From: Parasitella parasitica NRRL 2501
Lineage: Eukaryota; Fungi; Mucoromycota
Assembly: GCA_025201805.1 (NCBI GenBank)
Contig: MU619409.1
Coordinates: 3,112 to 50,815 of the forward strand
Length of the DNA: 47,704 nt
Direction of reading: 5' to 3'
The position numbers and the translations under genes are program-made. The notes beneath the pieces are model-generated. The model did no database searches. It was not told the DNA's origin and was given only the letters and a program-made list of their open reading frames with translations. Shown here in pieces: positions 37,673-47,704 of the stretch (its first letter is position 1; every line of letters starts with the position of its first letter).

Positions 37673-37741
37673 TTGATAGTAGTAATAAAAAATAGAAAGA
37701 CAAGTAGGAGAAGGAAAGAGATAATACTAAAAAAAAGAAAA

Positions 37742-40700
37742 TTACAACATAGAGTGAACTTGATCTTCGTCGATCATCTTGGAGATGTCAAGTCGGATGC
37801 GATTCAAAATAGAGGTTGCCGAAAAAGGTTGTTGTTGAAAAATAAAGCGAAAGTGAGCCTTCCAGACATTTGCCAAAGTAATAATGACGATAATGTAGGA
37901 GGGGGCCAGGGGCTTTTGACTGTATCGAATGTTGTAAAAATCAAGGTTGAGGATAGAGTGACGGATATCAGCGATAGTTACTTTGGGCCATAAAAATTCA
38001 GAGATGACACCTTGCCAAACAGAAGCCTTCGATGGACATGTAAATAAGAAGTGATCCACAGAGTCTTCAACAGAGGAGCAAACAGCACACAAGGAAGATG
38101 TATGTACAGTAGGAAAAATCCGTTGAAGAAGAGACTGATGCGGAATGCAGTTATTGATGAAACGATATAAGACATTGCGTTGGATCATGGTTAATGATAA
38201 ACACCAAAAGGATGACCAAGCAGTAGCTGGAATGGACGATAAATAAGGGGGAACAATGGATGAAGAGCAGGCCTGCCGGAAAGTCTTGGAAGTAATCCTG
38301 GAGGAGATGACAGTACGATCATTGGGAAAGATAAGTTGCTCTGCAAAAGGAAGAAGAGTGATGGATGTTGATTCAGGAGAATCCTCAGTTTGAGGGGTGC
38401 AAAGAGGACGAAAGAAAGGTTGGAGTTGGATGTGGCCAGAGGCAATACCTCTGTAAATCTGTTTTGGTGCTTGTTTCCAGATAGTTACGGTTGGATCATT
38501 AGAATCCTTCCAATGTAAAAAGTGATGAGTGGGATGGAGTTGAAAGACATCCGACACAAACATGGCCGAAATCTTTTGAGGGATTCGGAATGTACTGTGG
38601 GTAGGCTTGTAAAGAATGGTAGAAAGAGGAAGAAGAAGACCGGTGGCAATATTGAGAGAGACACTATCATAATCACGAGGAATCATATCAATTGATTTGT
38701 AGAGCATATCAATAGTTGACACCCGGCGTTTTCTGGTTAATAATCTGCGAGATACAGGTAGCAGCAGTGGAACTTGATGTAGTGAGGAACTATTATGATT
38801 ATTAATGTGATGAATAAGCATTCCGATTAACGAATTATCAGTCGTAGATGTTGAATTGGTCAAGAGTAAAGGTTGAATCCACCGAAAGTAGAGAGCCGAA
38901 TACTGCTTTGGAACATCCAGAATACCAAGGCCACCTTGGCTTCGTGGCAGAGTCCAGGTGCTCCACGGAATAGCAAGAAAAATGCCTTTGCGCAAGAATT
39001 GGATAGCAATAGAAGTGATTTGTTGTAAGTCGTGTGTAGTCAGAGGAGTGACACGAAAGATATACCAACATTTTGAGAGTATTAGAGAGTTGACAATCGT
39101 AGCTTTACCTACCACCGACAATGACCGGCCTGAATGAAATTGCAATGCTTGTTTAAGTGTACGAAGGAGAGAGCTAACATAGCTAACTCGTTGTTGCGTG
39201 CTTTGTATCAAAGGAAAACCAAGATAGATAATAGGATCAGTATCTTTAGCAGAATGTAGGTGATGAATATTCATAGCAGCAAGGAGCCTGTTCCAAAAAG
39301 GCGACGTATCCCGACCAGAAACTGAAAAAGCTTCCACTTTTGAATAGTTGAATCTTGCGTTGGAAGCTCGACAGAACAGATCCATATAGTATCTGAGCAA
39401 TCTTAAATCTTGGCGATCATGAACAAACACTAATGCATCATCAGCATAACACAAAATTTTTGTGGTAATCACCGAGGAATTCTGAGAGTCAGCCATGGCA
39501 TACGGTGTGGTGGAGGGAGTAGCAGCTATCGCACCCATTTGATATCCTTGGAAATCAGGATCTTGTAAAATTGCCCTGAGAAAAGGTTCAAATGCTAAAT
39601 CATAGCAAATGCAAGAAATTGGGTCGCCTTGTTTAAAACCACGGAGCTTGGAGACCTCCTCAGTAAAATATCCATTAATGTTGATCTTGATTTTGTTGAG
39701 CGCCATCAAATTGTACAAACAGTTGATAATACTTAACGGAAATCCAAAACGATTGAGAACAGCACGAAAATATGAAAGGTTGACACGATCGTACGCCTTT
39801 TCTTGATCCAGAAGCAGCCCAAGGTCATTGTCAAGCGAGGATTGAGTAGACTTTTGTTCCGCAAGTAACCATTTGAATTCAGCATCTTCCATGATCAACT
39901 GGCAACGGAGACCATTTTCCGCAATGTATTTTCCTGGTATGAAGCCGATTTGATTGCAATTAATCAACTTGGTAGATACAGTCATCATACGTTGGTTGAG
40001 GATCTTTGTGAAGCTTTTATAGTCGCAATTGGCTAAGCTAAGCGGCCTATAGTTGCCCATATTCTTGGAGTCACCCTTCTTTTTGAGCAGTGTCATGATA
40101 GAGTCATTCCACGAGGCAGGAAAAAGAGCCTGATTGAGAGCCGTATTGAAGACGTTGATCAGCAACTCCTTGTAGGCAGGAAAACGCATAACAAGATTCA
40201 TAATTTCATAAGGTAGCCCGTCAGCTCCAGGGCTCGAACGTCTAGGTGATGTCTTTAAGACGTCAAGAATATCGTCAAAGTCAATGGGAGCGACTAGGAT
40301 GGACTTGTCGTCAGCATTCAACCTAAGTTCACTTGGAATAGAGGATAGAAGTTCCTGTATGTCAGTAGGATCCACCATAGTTGGCGTGAAGAGATCAGCG
40401 TAAAAGTTGGTAGCAATACGCATTTTACTAGCTTGATCATCATGGACTGTATTTGTGCTGGGATCAGTGAGTGCTGTGATATTTTCCTTTGTCCCTCGCG
40501 GATTATAAAGGTTCGTTTTAAATATACTGCCATCTTTTCACCTTTCTCTCTCCAGTTTTTACCCGATTTTAAAGCTTGTATTTCTGCAGTGGATTCCTGT
40601 AAAGATCCAATTTGTAATTCAATAGTTTCCCGAACTTGAAAGTATAATCCTCTGTTCTTTTGTTGACGAAGCATCCTATTCCGCTTCTTCTGTAATCTTT

Positions 40701-41687
40701 TCAGCTGCTTGACTCTCCAATTGGTATCTTCAAGTTGAAATGACTTTACAAAAAGTTTGACATCGGCCTTGATCCAATCCCAGGTTTGTTGAGGAGAAGA
40801 AAATGATTGAATGGCTGCAAAGTCTTCCATTTTGAGGTGTAAATGCTGTGCTAAGGCTGATCTGAATGGCTTGCTTTTGGCGAGAAAGGGGTTAGCTTTC
40901 CAGGCCCCGGGTCCCCGACGAGAAGAATCAACAAACTGGAAAGAGATACCCAATAGTGCATGATCAGTCCAGTTCTTTGAGATAAAGCTATGATTCAAAT
41001 CATCCATCTTGTAGTGCGACCCTGAATCACAGAAAATAAAATCAATGATAGAAGAGCGAGAGGCGAGTTGCCACGTTGGTTTCTTCTGGTCTTTGAAGCA
41101 GTCTATGTAATGTTCATCCAGTAGAGAGATCCAAGAAGTCGGGGCACTTGTTAATGAGCCATCTGTAAGTCTGTGCCTTTCATATGAATAGTTGAAATCA
41201 CCCATAATTAGGGTTGGAGACGTACTAGTGTTGGTTAATGTATCAGTAATGATTGGAGAAGATCGAGGAGCGCTGTATAAAACGCAAAGCGTTGAGAGTG
41301 AATGCCAGATCTTCCATAAATGTTGAGTATTGTTGCGATGGTGTTGCCTGATAGTAAATCAGCACCATCCTCTATTGTTGCTGTAAGTTGAATTTGAGCA
41401 AGGATGAATCGACCTCCATCAACGCCATCCTGAACGACATGTATGCTGTATTTATTGTTAAGGCTAACAATGCCACAGTGTGGAGTCCAATGACTTGATG
41501 TTGTTATAAATTGTGTGTTGAGTTCTTGTATAATTTGTGGATTGATTGCATGTGTTTCTTGAAGTACTAAGATATCATAGCCTAATGTGCGAAGATATCG
41601 AATAAATTGTTGTCGTTTTTTTGGATTATTTTCTTTTCTGAGGCTACGACAATTAAGTGTGGCAATGGTGAGTTTTTGGTCTATCAT
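37742..41687 (-). pseudogene. LINE ORF2 (APE endonuclease, reverse transcriptase, zf-RVT) with two frameshifts
   Basis: APE: TLNCRSL, LQETH, MGDFN, IDFIF, TDH. RT: SPGADG, NYRPLSL, LDQEKAYDRV, QGDPIS, YADD, YLG. Zinc finger CAVC..EDSVDHFLFTC. Frameshifts at ~41260 and ~40475. Confidence 0.93.
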
Positions 41688-41695
41688 AATAATAA

Positions 41696-43201
41696 TTATT
41701 GTAGGTTGGGAAAGGATGATGCCTGACCACTAGAGTGGGAATCATCAAAGTGTTCAGTACTGTCATACAGGTTAACATTATCATAATCGTTTGTTTCGTG
41801 TTCAGTGTCAATGCCCTGACCTAGTTTCTGACGTCTAGCCGTGACATCCGTAGAACCCTTGGTCTTAGCAACCTTTGTGATATCCTGAGGTTCAGGAATG
41901 GTGGATCTGCCATTGGCAGCCTTAGGCTTGAGGTGTACAGCTTCCCCCATATCAAAATCAGTATTGCTATAAGTGACAGTGGCATTATCCGAGTTGTCAG
42001 CAGCGTCATTTTGGATGCGCTGGCTTGTTTCAGCAATTTTGTCAATTGACTGGTGTTGAGCAATGCGGCTACCTCGATTTTCCGGAACTTCAGGAGAGGG
42101 AGAAGCAGGCAATTGAGCTAGTGGTTTATCAACTATCATGGGAGAAACAGTCGAGTTGTTCACCTTTAGAGGAGCCTTGCGACTAATCATCTTGGTAGAG
42201 TTAGAAACAGCTCTGCTTTTATTGGGAGCTTCATGACCAAGGGCAGTGTTGCTGCGAGGACAATTTTTCCAAATGTGTCCGGTGTGATTACAGTTGTAGC
42301 ACTTTAACCAACTCTTCAAGTCAGGGCAATCAGCACGGCAGTGTTTGGAAGATCCACAGAGTCGACAAAAATCGGGCATGGCATCCCAGGAGAGAAGCAC
42401 CTTACGGAAGTCTTCATCATCCTCATCCCATATGATTTCTCGTTGTAAAGATTCATGGTGTACATGATCTACGATACAGGCTGTACCATGACAAGGTTTT
42501 TCAGTAGGAAGCTCAATAGTGGCATAACCGCCACCGACGTAATAACCATCCTTTTTACTAAGACCGAAATCTAAAACTTTTCCAAAACGTTGCAAACGTT
42601 TCACTAAATCTTTCTTCAAAATAGGAAGTTGAAGAAAGGGAAGACCAGACAAGGATAAACGAACAATAGACGAATCAGCTGAGTAGGATGGGAATCCTTT
42701 AATGAAGGTATTATCAGACAACATGATACCCTCCTTAACAATCGTGTTGTACGACGCAGAGTGAGGTGCCCAGAGGGTTTCCATGTAAACGTGGTTCAAA
42801 TAGGTACGAGTTTTTTCACAGCGGCCCAAGAATTCATTGTAGCCACGTCCATCAGTATCAGCATCTTTGTTGAAGGCGTCCAAGGCCTCATGCAACAAGT
42901 TGTGATTCTTGACATGGGTAATATCAATCAGTACAACAGAACCTTGTTCGATACCTTTAAGAAAGGGAACGACAAGTTCGACTGGAGCTGGAGCAGGTTG
43001 ACCAGACAGTGCCTGGTTGGACTCCGTGGTGGAACGAATAGGCTGTGCAAACGTTGGTTTAAAGGAAATGAGTTCTTGTTGTTTTTTGTTTCGATGTTTG
43101 CCTTTGCCAGCAGTGACGACTGACCAAGGAACAGCAGGGTTGATGGAACTAGCAGGTGCTGGTTCGGTTGAATTTGCGCTACTATGGGTTATGTTGACCA
43201 T
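41696..43201 (-). CDS. LINE ORF1 (gag-like, two CCHC zinc knuckles)
   Basis: CRLCGSSKHCRADC and CYNCNHTGHIWKNC, plus RRM-like RLSLSGLPF...FGKVLDFG. Intact 501 aa. Confidence 0.9.
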   Translation of the reverse strand: MVNITHSSANSTEPAPASSINPAVPWSVVTAGKGKHRNKKQQELISFKPTFAQPIRSTTESNQALSGQPAPAPVELVVPFLKGIEQGSVVLIDITHVKNHNLLHEALDAFNKDADTDGRGYNEFLGRCEKTRTYLNHVYMETLWAPHSASYNTIVKEGIMLSDNTFIKGFPSYSADSSIVRLSLSGLPFLQLPILKKDLVKRLQRFGKVLDFGLSKKDGYYVGGGYATIELPTEKPCHGTACIVDHVHHESLQREIIWDEDDEDFRKVLLSWDAMPDFCRLCGSSKHCRADCPDLKSWLKCYNCNHTGHIWKNCPRSNTALGHEAPNKSRAVSNSTKMISRKAPLKVNNSTVSPMIVDKPLAQLPASPSPEVPENRGSRIAQHQSIDKIAETSQRIQNDAADNSDNATVTYSNTDFDMGEAVHLKPKAANGRSTIPEPQDITKVAKTKGSTDVTARRQKLGQGIDTEHETNDYDNVNLYDSTEHFDDSHSSGQASSFPNLQ

Positions 43202-43570
43202 GCGAAAAAATCTGTGCGTGTGTTTTCGTCAATACTCTTTCAAGGTTAGTAAACAAATATAAAAAGTTGGGATGACTCAATATTAATCGAGCGCTGCATC
43301 TTTGGTTTTGACCTTTTAAGATTGATAGGTCAGTGACATTCCGATTTATAAATTGCTTATAAACATCAACTGTTTTCTTCTTTCGGAATTTAGCTTGCTA
43401 TACGGATACAGTAACTCTACTCCTTCCACGTCTCCATCATAGTTAATGAGTTGCTCCACAACTTATTGCGCATTGAAGTTTCCAAATATTTTGATGCACC
43501 AATTCTAAAACCGGATGTCAATATTATGCAAACACATATTAAAGAGTAAAACACCAGATCATAAGATAAT

Positions 43571-44400
43571 TTAATGTGACATTTGGGATAGATACAATCT
43601 ACCTTTCACCTTTGCCCAGAACTCTTCAATACGATTTAAAAATGGCGAATATGACGGCAGGTAAGCAGCTTTGTAGCCACGCTCACTGATATATGCCTGA
43701 ACTTCATCCGTTTTGTGTATACTCGTATTGTCCATAACGACATATCTTCCACGCATGTCGTTTTGATCCAAACATGTCATAACGCCATCAAGAAACTCAA
43801 GAAAACGAATGGCCCTAGTGCCAACTCTTCCGCCATTGGTTCCGTCGACGTTTTCTTCTACAAAGTTGTCATTTTTTTTTTGTTTCTTCTTTTCACCTGA
43901 AGCTGCCTTTCTTGCAACTGCTTCAGGCTTTCTCAGTATCAAATCAAGTACACCAAGTTCGCATACGGCGCTAATGGCTGAGATTGTGACACCTTTATCT
44001 GATGGCACAACTTGCTTAGCGGGCGTTCCTCTTTTCGATCTTCCAAAATTCCTACGTAAGTGCATGTTGAAACCAGCTTCATCAACAAATACGCAGTTAG
44101 TAGTATAGTCCATATCCGGATCAGCTTCCCATTCATTGATCCGCTCGATTCGTGTATCAATCATCGTTTTTAGAGAATTTCTCTTTGCCAAAAGCCTATC
44201 CAAATTCTTTGGTGTAAGACTACACAATGCTTGATCGAATGCCTGTGAAATGCACTTGAATCAATGACAGCGTAGGAAACTCCGCATACAAAGCATCGCG
44301 TGCCTCCCATAGCACGGCCGATGGATTTTCGCCGAAAAATCTTGATGTGCTCTTCGGGCATCTTACGATAGTTGCCTCCAAGACGATTCATTTTCTTGCC
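43571..44400 (-). mobile_element. Tc1/mariner (IS630-like) DD34E transposase relic, truncated
   Basis: VFVDEAGF, then VVMDNTSIH and LPSYSPFLNRIEEFWAKVK with 34 residues between D and E. The N-terminus is frameshifted and the C-terminal helix is missing. Confidence 0.9.
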
Positions 44401-44659
44401 TGGAATGTTGTGCCAGTGTCAAAGGGCGCATCGAGATGTTGTGTAAATGTTATATAAAAGAAGTAATAACTAACTTTTTCTGAATAAAACCAGATACAAA
44501 ACCGAAGACTTTTATTGATATAAGATATGATCTTTATTTATACTAAAATATATCCCAATCAATGTTTATCCATATAACATCTGATGTTTGAAAAGAAGTG
44601 TCAAACCTTATTAAATCACAGCATTTCCAGGACAGACCTATTCTTCTATTTTACAGTAC

Positions 44660-45300
44660 ATTAAAGAGAAGATTGGGTAGGATGCCTTTCCGACATCCCG
44701 CGATCTGATCTTGATGTATTCTTTGATTAAGCCTGGAACCTTGCAAGACGTCAAATTACGACTTGTAGCTTATTTCGTATTTGTAAAAGAATTACCAACA
44801 ATTAATATCATAGTTGTAGTACATTCTAACTAGGTTAGATATGACCTATTAAGCCTTTATATGGATACAACATGGAAGCCATTTGGGTTCTTGCTTGATC
44901 TTGTACTGTTGATTGTAGTTTTGTGCAATCTTGATTATAATTCCTGTCATAATCGCTGCTCTTCTGGCTGACAGACCACAGAAAATTGTCAGATCTATCA
45001 ACTCTTGAATTTGTTATTGTGTGTATTCTCTGTAAAGTCTTCTTTTTTGTGGATTTGTGCTCCTATTCATCGTTTTACGAGCCCCATTCTTCTCGTTTTC
45101 CAGCTTGTTTACCTCGACCTGTCATAAACCTGTTAAGCCTTCAAGGCAAAACAATTATACATCTTGATCTAAAAATACATATCACCTCGCTCTTCCCAAA
45201 TCGATCCGCATTGCATTCTTCTTGCCTCACTCATCCACAGTATACTATTGACTGATTGATCCACATTATAGGAAATAGTCTGATTCACATTTCAGTAAAC
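44660..45300 (-). pseudogene. Possible heavily eroded Ty3/gypsy pol fragment
   Basis: Minus-strand GLIKEYIKIRSRDVGKASY (~44677-44733) loosely resembles LTR-RT DLxKGYHQIRI..EDVxKTAF, with KGLIGHI*PS upstream. Many stops. Confidence 0.28.
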
Positions 45301-45519
45301 TAGATAGCTCGCAAAAAAGTTTAAATAGAGGCCAATTTTGACCAGCAAAAAAGAGTTTTCTTTGTCAGATTTCCTCATCTAATTCCCTTATTAAATATAC
45401 CTAGCCATTTTCTTATCTTTCTCCACCTTCATCAGTCGATGGTCAGAGCCAAGAGACAGATCAGACTCAACCACCAGCTGAGCATCCAAGAAAGCAGACT
45501 CTCCAATATTTGTCAGAAA

Positions 45520-46098
45520 CAGGTCGCATTTCGTTGCCACCACGAAAAGCAGAGTAGGTGTTCACACCAAAGGCCAAAGACGCATTGAGCACAGACAAAC
45601 TATGTTCATCAAACCAAGGTTTGAGAGCATTTCCACGAGCATTGGAGATAGAATCCCCAGTCAAAGGACCCAACCTAGCATTAAAGTCGCCACACAGAAC
45701 AGTACCTCGAGTCAGAGGCAGAGAGTTGAGAGTCGAGAGCACCCTATCAGATGATAGTGGTGGTGTGGTAGGTAAACACAATGAACCGTAAGGGTGCCAA
45801 CCTTGAGGGACAGAGTGTGCGGGTTGTAGGACGGAAGCTGGGAGACAGGAAAAGGACAGAAAGGAGAGACTAAAGCCGAGACACCACCAGAACCACGGTT
45901 AAAAGCACCAGGTACTTTCGAACCATACAAGTGGAACTGGGACCAGTCTATTGGATAGGAGCCAGAGGTGAGCCAAGTTTCAGTAACAAACAGAACATGA
46001 GTACTCAAAACATGGGAGATAACATCAGGAACTGTAGTTTGAGTAAGACCATTAGCATTCCAGAGAGAGAGAGACAAAAACCGGGGGGACAAGCACAT
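45520..46098 (-). pseudogene. Second non-LTR element: ORF2 APE endonuclease, frameshifted and 3'-truncated before the RT
   Basis: LWNANGL, FVTETWL, GVSALV, CVYLP/PP and LCGDFNARLG motifs. Frameshift at ~45770; similarity ends at ~45520. Confidence 0.85.
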
Positions 46099-46143
46099 TA
46101 CAATTATTTACAGCCAGTATAGGGGAATCAGAGATAGAGCTCA

Positions 46144-47136
46144 TTAATTCTCCAGATCAGACATATCACTGTCAGAGGCAACCGGTTTTCCATGGTCCAG
46201 CTTGCGGCGGAACGTAAAAGCAGCCTTCTTGGGCTCTTTCTCGGCCAGACGGTCCATAGCAGCAGCAACAGCACAAGAGAGATCAGCAGAATCGTTCCAG
46301 CAGCCTTCCTCAACAAAGTACTTACCAACACCACTGACATTAAGAGGACGCAGGAAAGACAGAGTCTGGAGGCAACGGGCTTCAGTAAACTGGTGGATCA
46401 GAGCATGACGTTCATTGTCGGACAGACTGGCATACTTGGGATCAGCAATATTATCAGGGTTCAAAGGATCAAAGTCAGTATACAGTTCACCTTTAGCAAC
46501 CTTGATCAGTTCAGTAAATTCCTGGATATACTGAACGTGCAACAGAACACCAATGACTTGGGAAGCAGGGAAACAGATATCCAAGACACGACCCAGATCG
46601 ACTTGAGCACTCTTAAGATGCGTGCGCACTTCAGAGCGTTGGATCTTGCGAGACCGACCAATGTAGACGTAATGGTACCCTTGTTCACCCTTACTAGCAG
46701 TAGAGGTAAAGACACGACCAGCAGCGAGACGTTTTCTGTCATTCTTCTTATCAGTAGTCGGCTTGTGAGCAGCGGCAGTAGCGACCTGACTGAAGCTTGG
46801 AGCTCCAGCAGTAGAACCGTGAGACGTTTTGGTGGCAGGCTTGGAAGACGTTGGAGTGGCAGTTGGATGAGACGTTGGCATAGCAGACACGTGATTCAGA
46901 ACCTGACCCTGTAATTTCTGAATTTCATAGTCCTTGTCTTGTAAAATTTTTTTCAGATCCTTGTTCTCTTGCTCCAGAACTGCTAAACGTTGAAGAAGAT
47001 CCTCGTGCTTGTTGACTTTCTCTGTTACCAAAGTAAGTTGTTGTTGAATTTGTTGCAGTATAACTGGAAACTGATTCATATCCAGGGCTTGTAGGCTGGT
47101 GTCCATGGCGGTGAATACTTTTTGAAATTTCGACAA
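46144..47136 (-). CDS. ORF1 of the second non-LTR retrotransposon (coiled coil plus C-terminal domain); ATG probably at 47105
   Basis: A 330-aa ORF lying directly upstream of the APE ORF, with a coiled-coil N-terminus and GYHYVYI.RSRKIQRSEVR..L...VD.GRVLDI.FPA. Confidence 0.75.
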   Translation of the reverse strand: MSKFQKVFTAMDTSLQALDMNQFPVILQQIQQQLTLVTEKVNKHEDLLQRLAVLEQENKDLKKILQDKDYEIQKLQGQVLNHVSAMPTSHPTATPTSSKPATKTSHGSTAGAPSFSQVATAAAHKPTTDKKNDRKRLAAGRVFTSTASKGEQGYHYVYIGRSRKIQRSEVRTHLKSAQVDLGRVLDICFPASQVIGVLLHVQYIQEFTELIKVAKGELYTDFDPLNPDNIADPKYASLSDNERHALIHQFTEARCLQTLSFLRPLNVSGVGKYFVEEGCWNDSADLSCAVAAAMDRLAEKEPKKAAFTFRRKLDHGKPVASDSDMSDLEN

Positions 47137-47704
47137 TCTGAAAAAGTATGAAGCAGGTGTACGACAAGTCTGAAACTATAACACAATAAACTGTTGATGA
47201 TAACAAGTATACTGGTGCAATTCCAAGGTGGTTGGCGTACTGGTTGATAGGTTTTTTACGTTATTTGTTGTTTGGCAAATTTTTTTTCCGAAACTGGTAA
47301 AAAAAGTGATGAATAACGGGAAGAGATGCTCGTTTAGCTCAGTTTAAGATTGAATTTTATTAATAGTATCTAATGCATTAATCGATATGATCATAGGTTG
47401 CTATACTAAGAGAATCTATTACAATAAAAAAGTTTATAACTACGATGTCAGATCCATTCAGGTATCATCGGGATGATACCAAGAAAGGAAATGCATAGTC
47501 GATCGTCGGAATAAACTTGAATAAAGTTGTAATGTCAGGAAAAAGGAGTACGGGAAAAAAGATAAAGGAAGGCTGATAGAGAAGTTGTCGTGTATGATCA
47601 CAGTGCAATAGAGGAGACCTCGACCGGCATACAGCAGCACAAACAAAACTAACAGACGCAACCAGAGAAAGCACAAAAAAAGCGAGAAAAAAAGGAGAGA
47701 CCGA

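Larger units (their letters stand above)
37680..43320 (-). mobile_element. Near full-length L1/Tx1-like LINE (ORF1 + APE-RT-zf ORF2)
   Basis: ORF1 and ORF2 in tandem, with a possible 8-bp target-site duplication ATTGATAG at 37672-37679 and 43321-43328. Confidence 0.92.

Noticed and set aside
40440-41270. Programmed ribosomal frameshifting in LINE ORF2
   Set aside because: No slippery heptamer at either site, and L1-type ORF2 is normally continuous. Mutation or assembly error is simpler.
45490-45520. Possible LTR end plus primer-binding site (minus strand ...TGACA-AATAT-TGGAGAGTCTGC)
   Set aside because: No second LTR is visible, and I cannot match it to a tRNA 3' end.
46192-46914. 240-aa plus-strand ORF
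   Set aside because: Antisense shadow of retrotransposon ORF1, with no recognisable motifs.

Overview
Eukaryotic, intron-containing fungal DNA. The short GT-AG introns, gene content and transposon types point to Mucoromycota/Mucorales (inference). Bases ~1.4-35.6 kb are gene-dense: SCP2-type thiolase, a Gdown1/POLR2M-like gene, a BCL7/Rtt102-like gene, WRAP73/WDR8, a RING-H2 ligase, alanine aminotransferase, Ctf4/Mcl1, RPC34, a 5'-nucleotidase, alkylglycerol monooxygenase, ribosomal P1 and eL43, ClpX, Gar1, Csm3/Tipin, three orphan genes and a Helitron helicase relic. From ~35.8 kb to the end no host gene is recognisable, only mobile elements: a degenerate Fanzor (eukaryotic TnpB-like RNA-guided nuclease) element with a candidate omegaRNA right end, a near-complete L1-like LINE abutting that end, a DD34E Tc1/mariner relic, a possible Ty3 relic and a second, truncated non-LTR element. 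The most notable observations are the Fanzor locus, which the ORF track shows only as fragments, and a spliced gene carrying both hallmark motifs of Gdown1, a Pol II subunit usually described as metazoan-specific. All family assignments come from manual translation and remembered motifs; no searches were run. Assembly gaps lie at 6093-6127, 8353-8402, 21300-21345 and 24900-25124.
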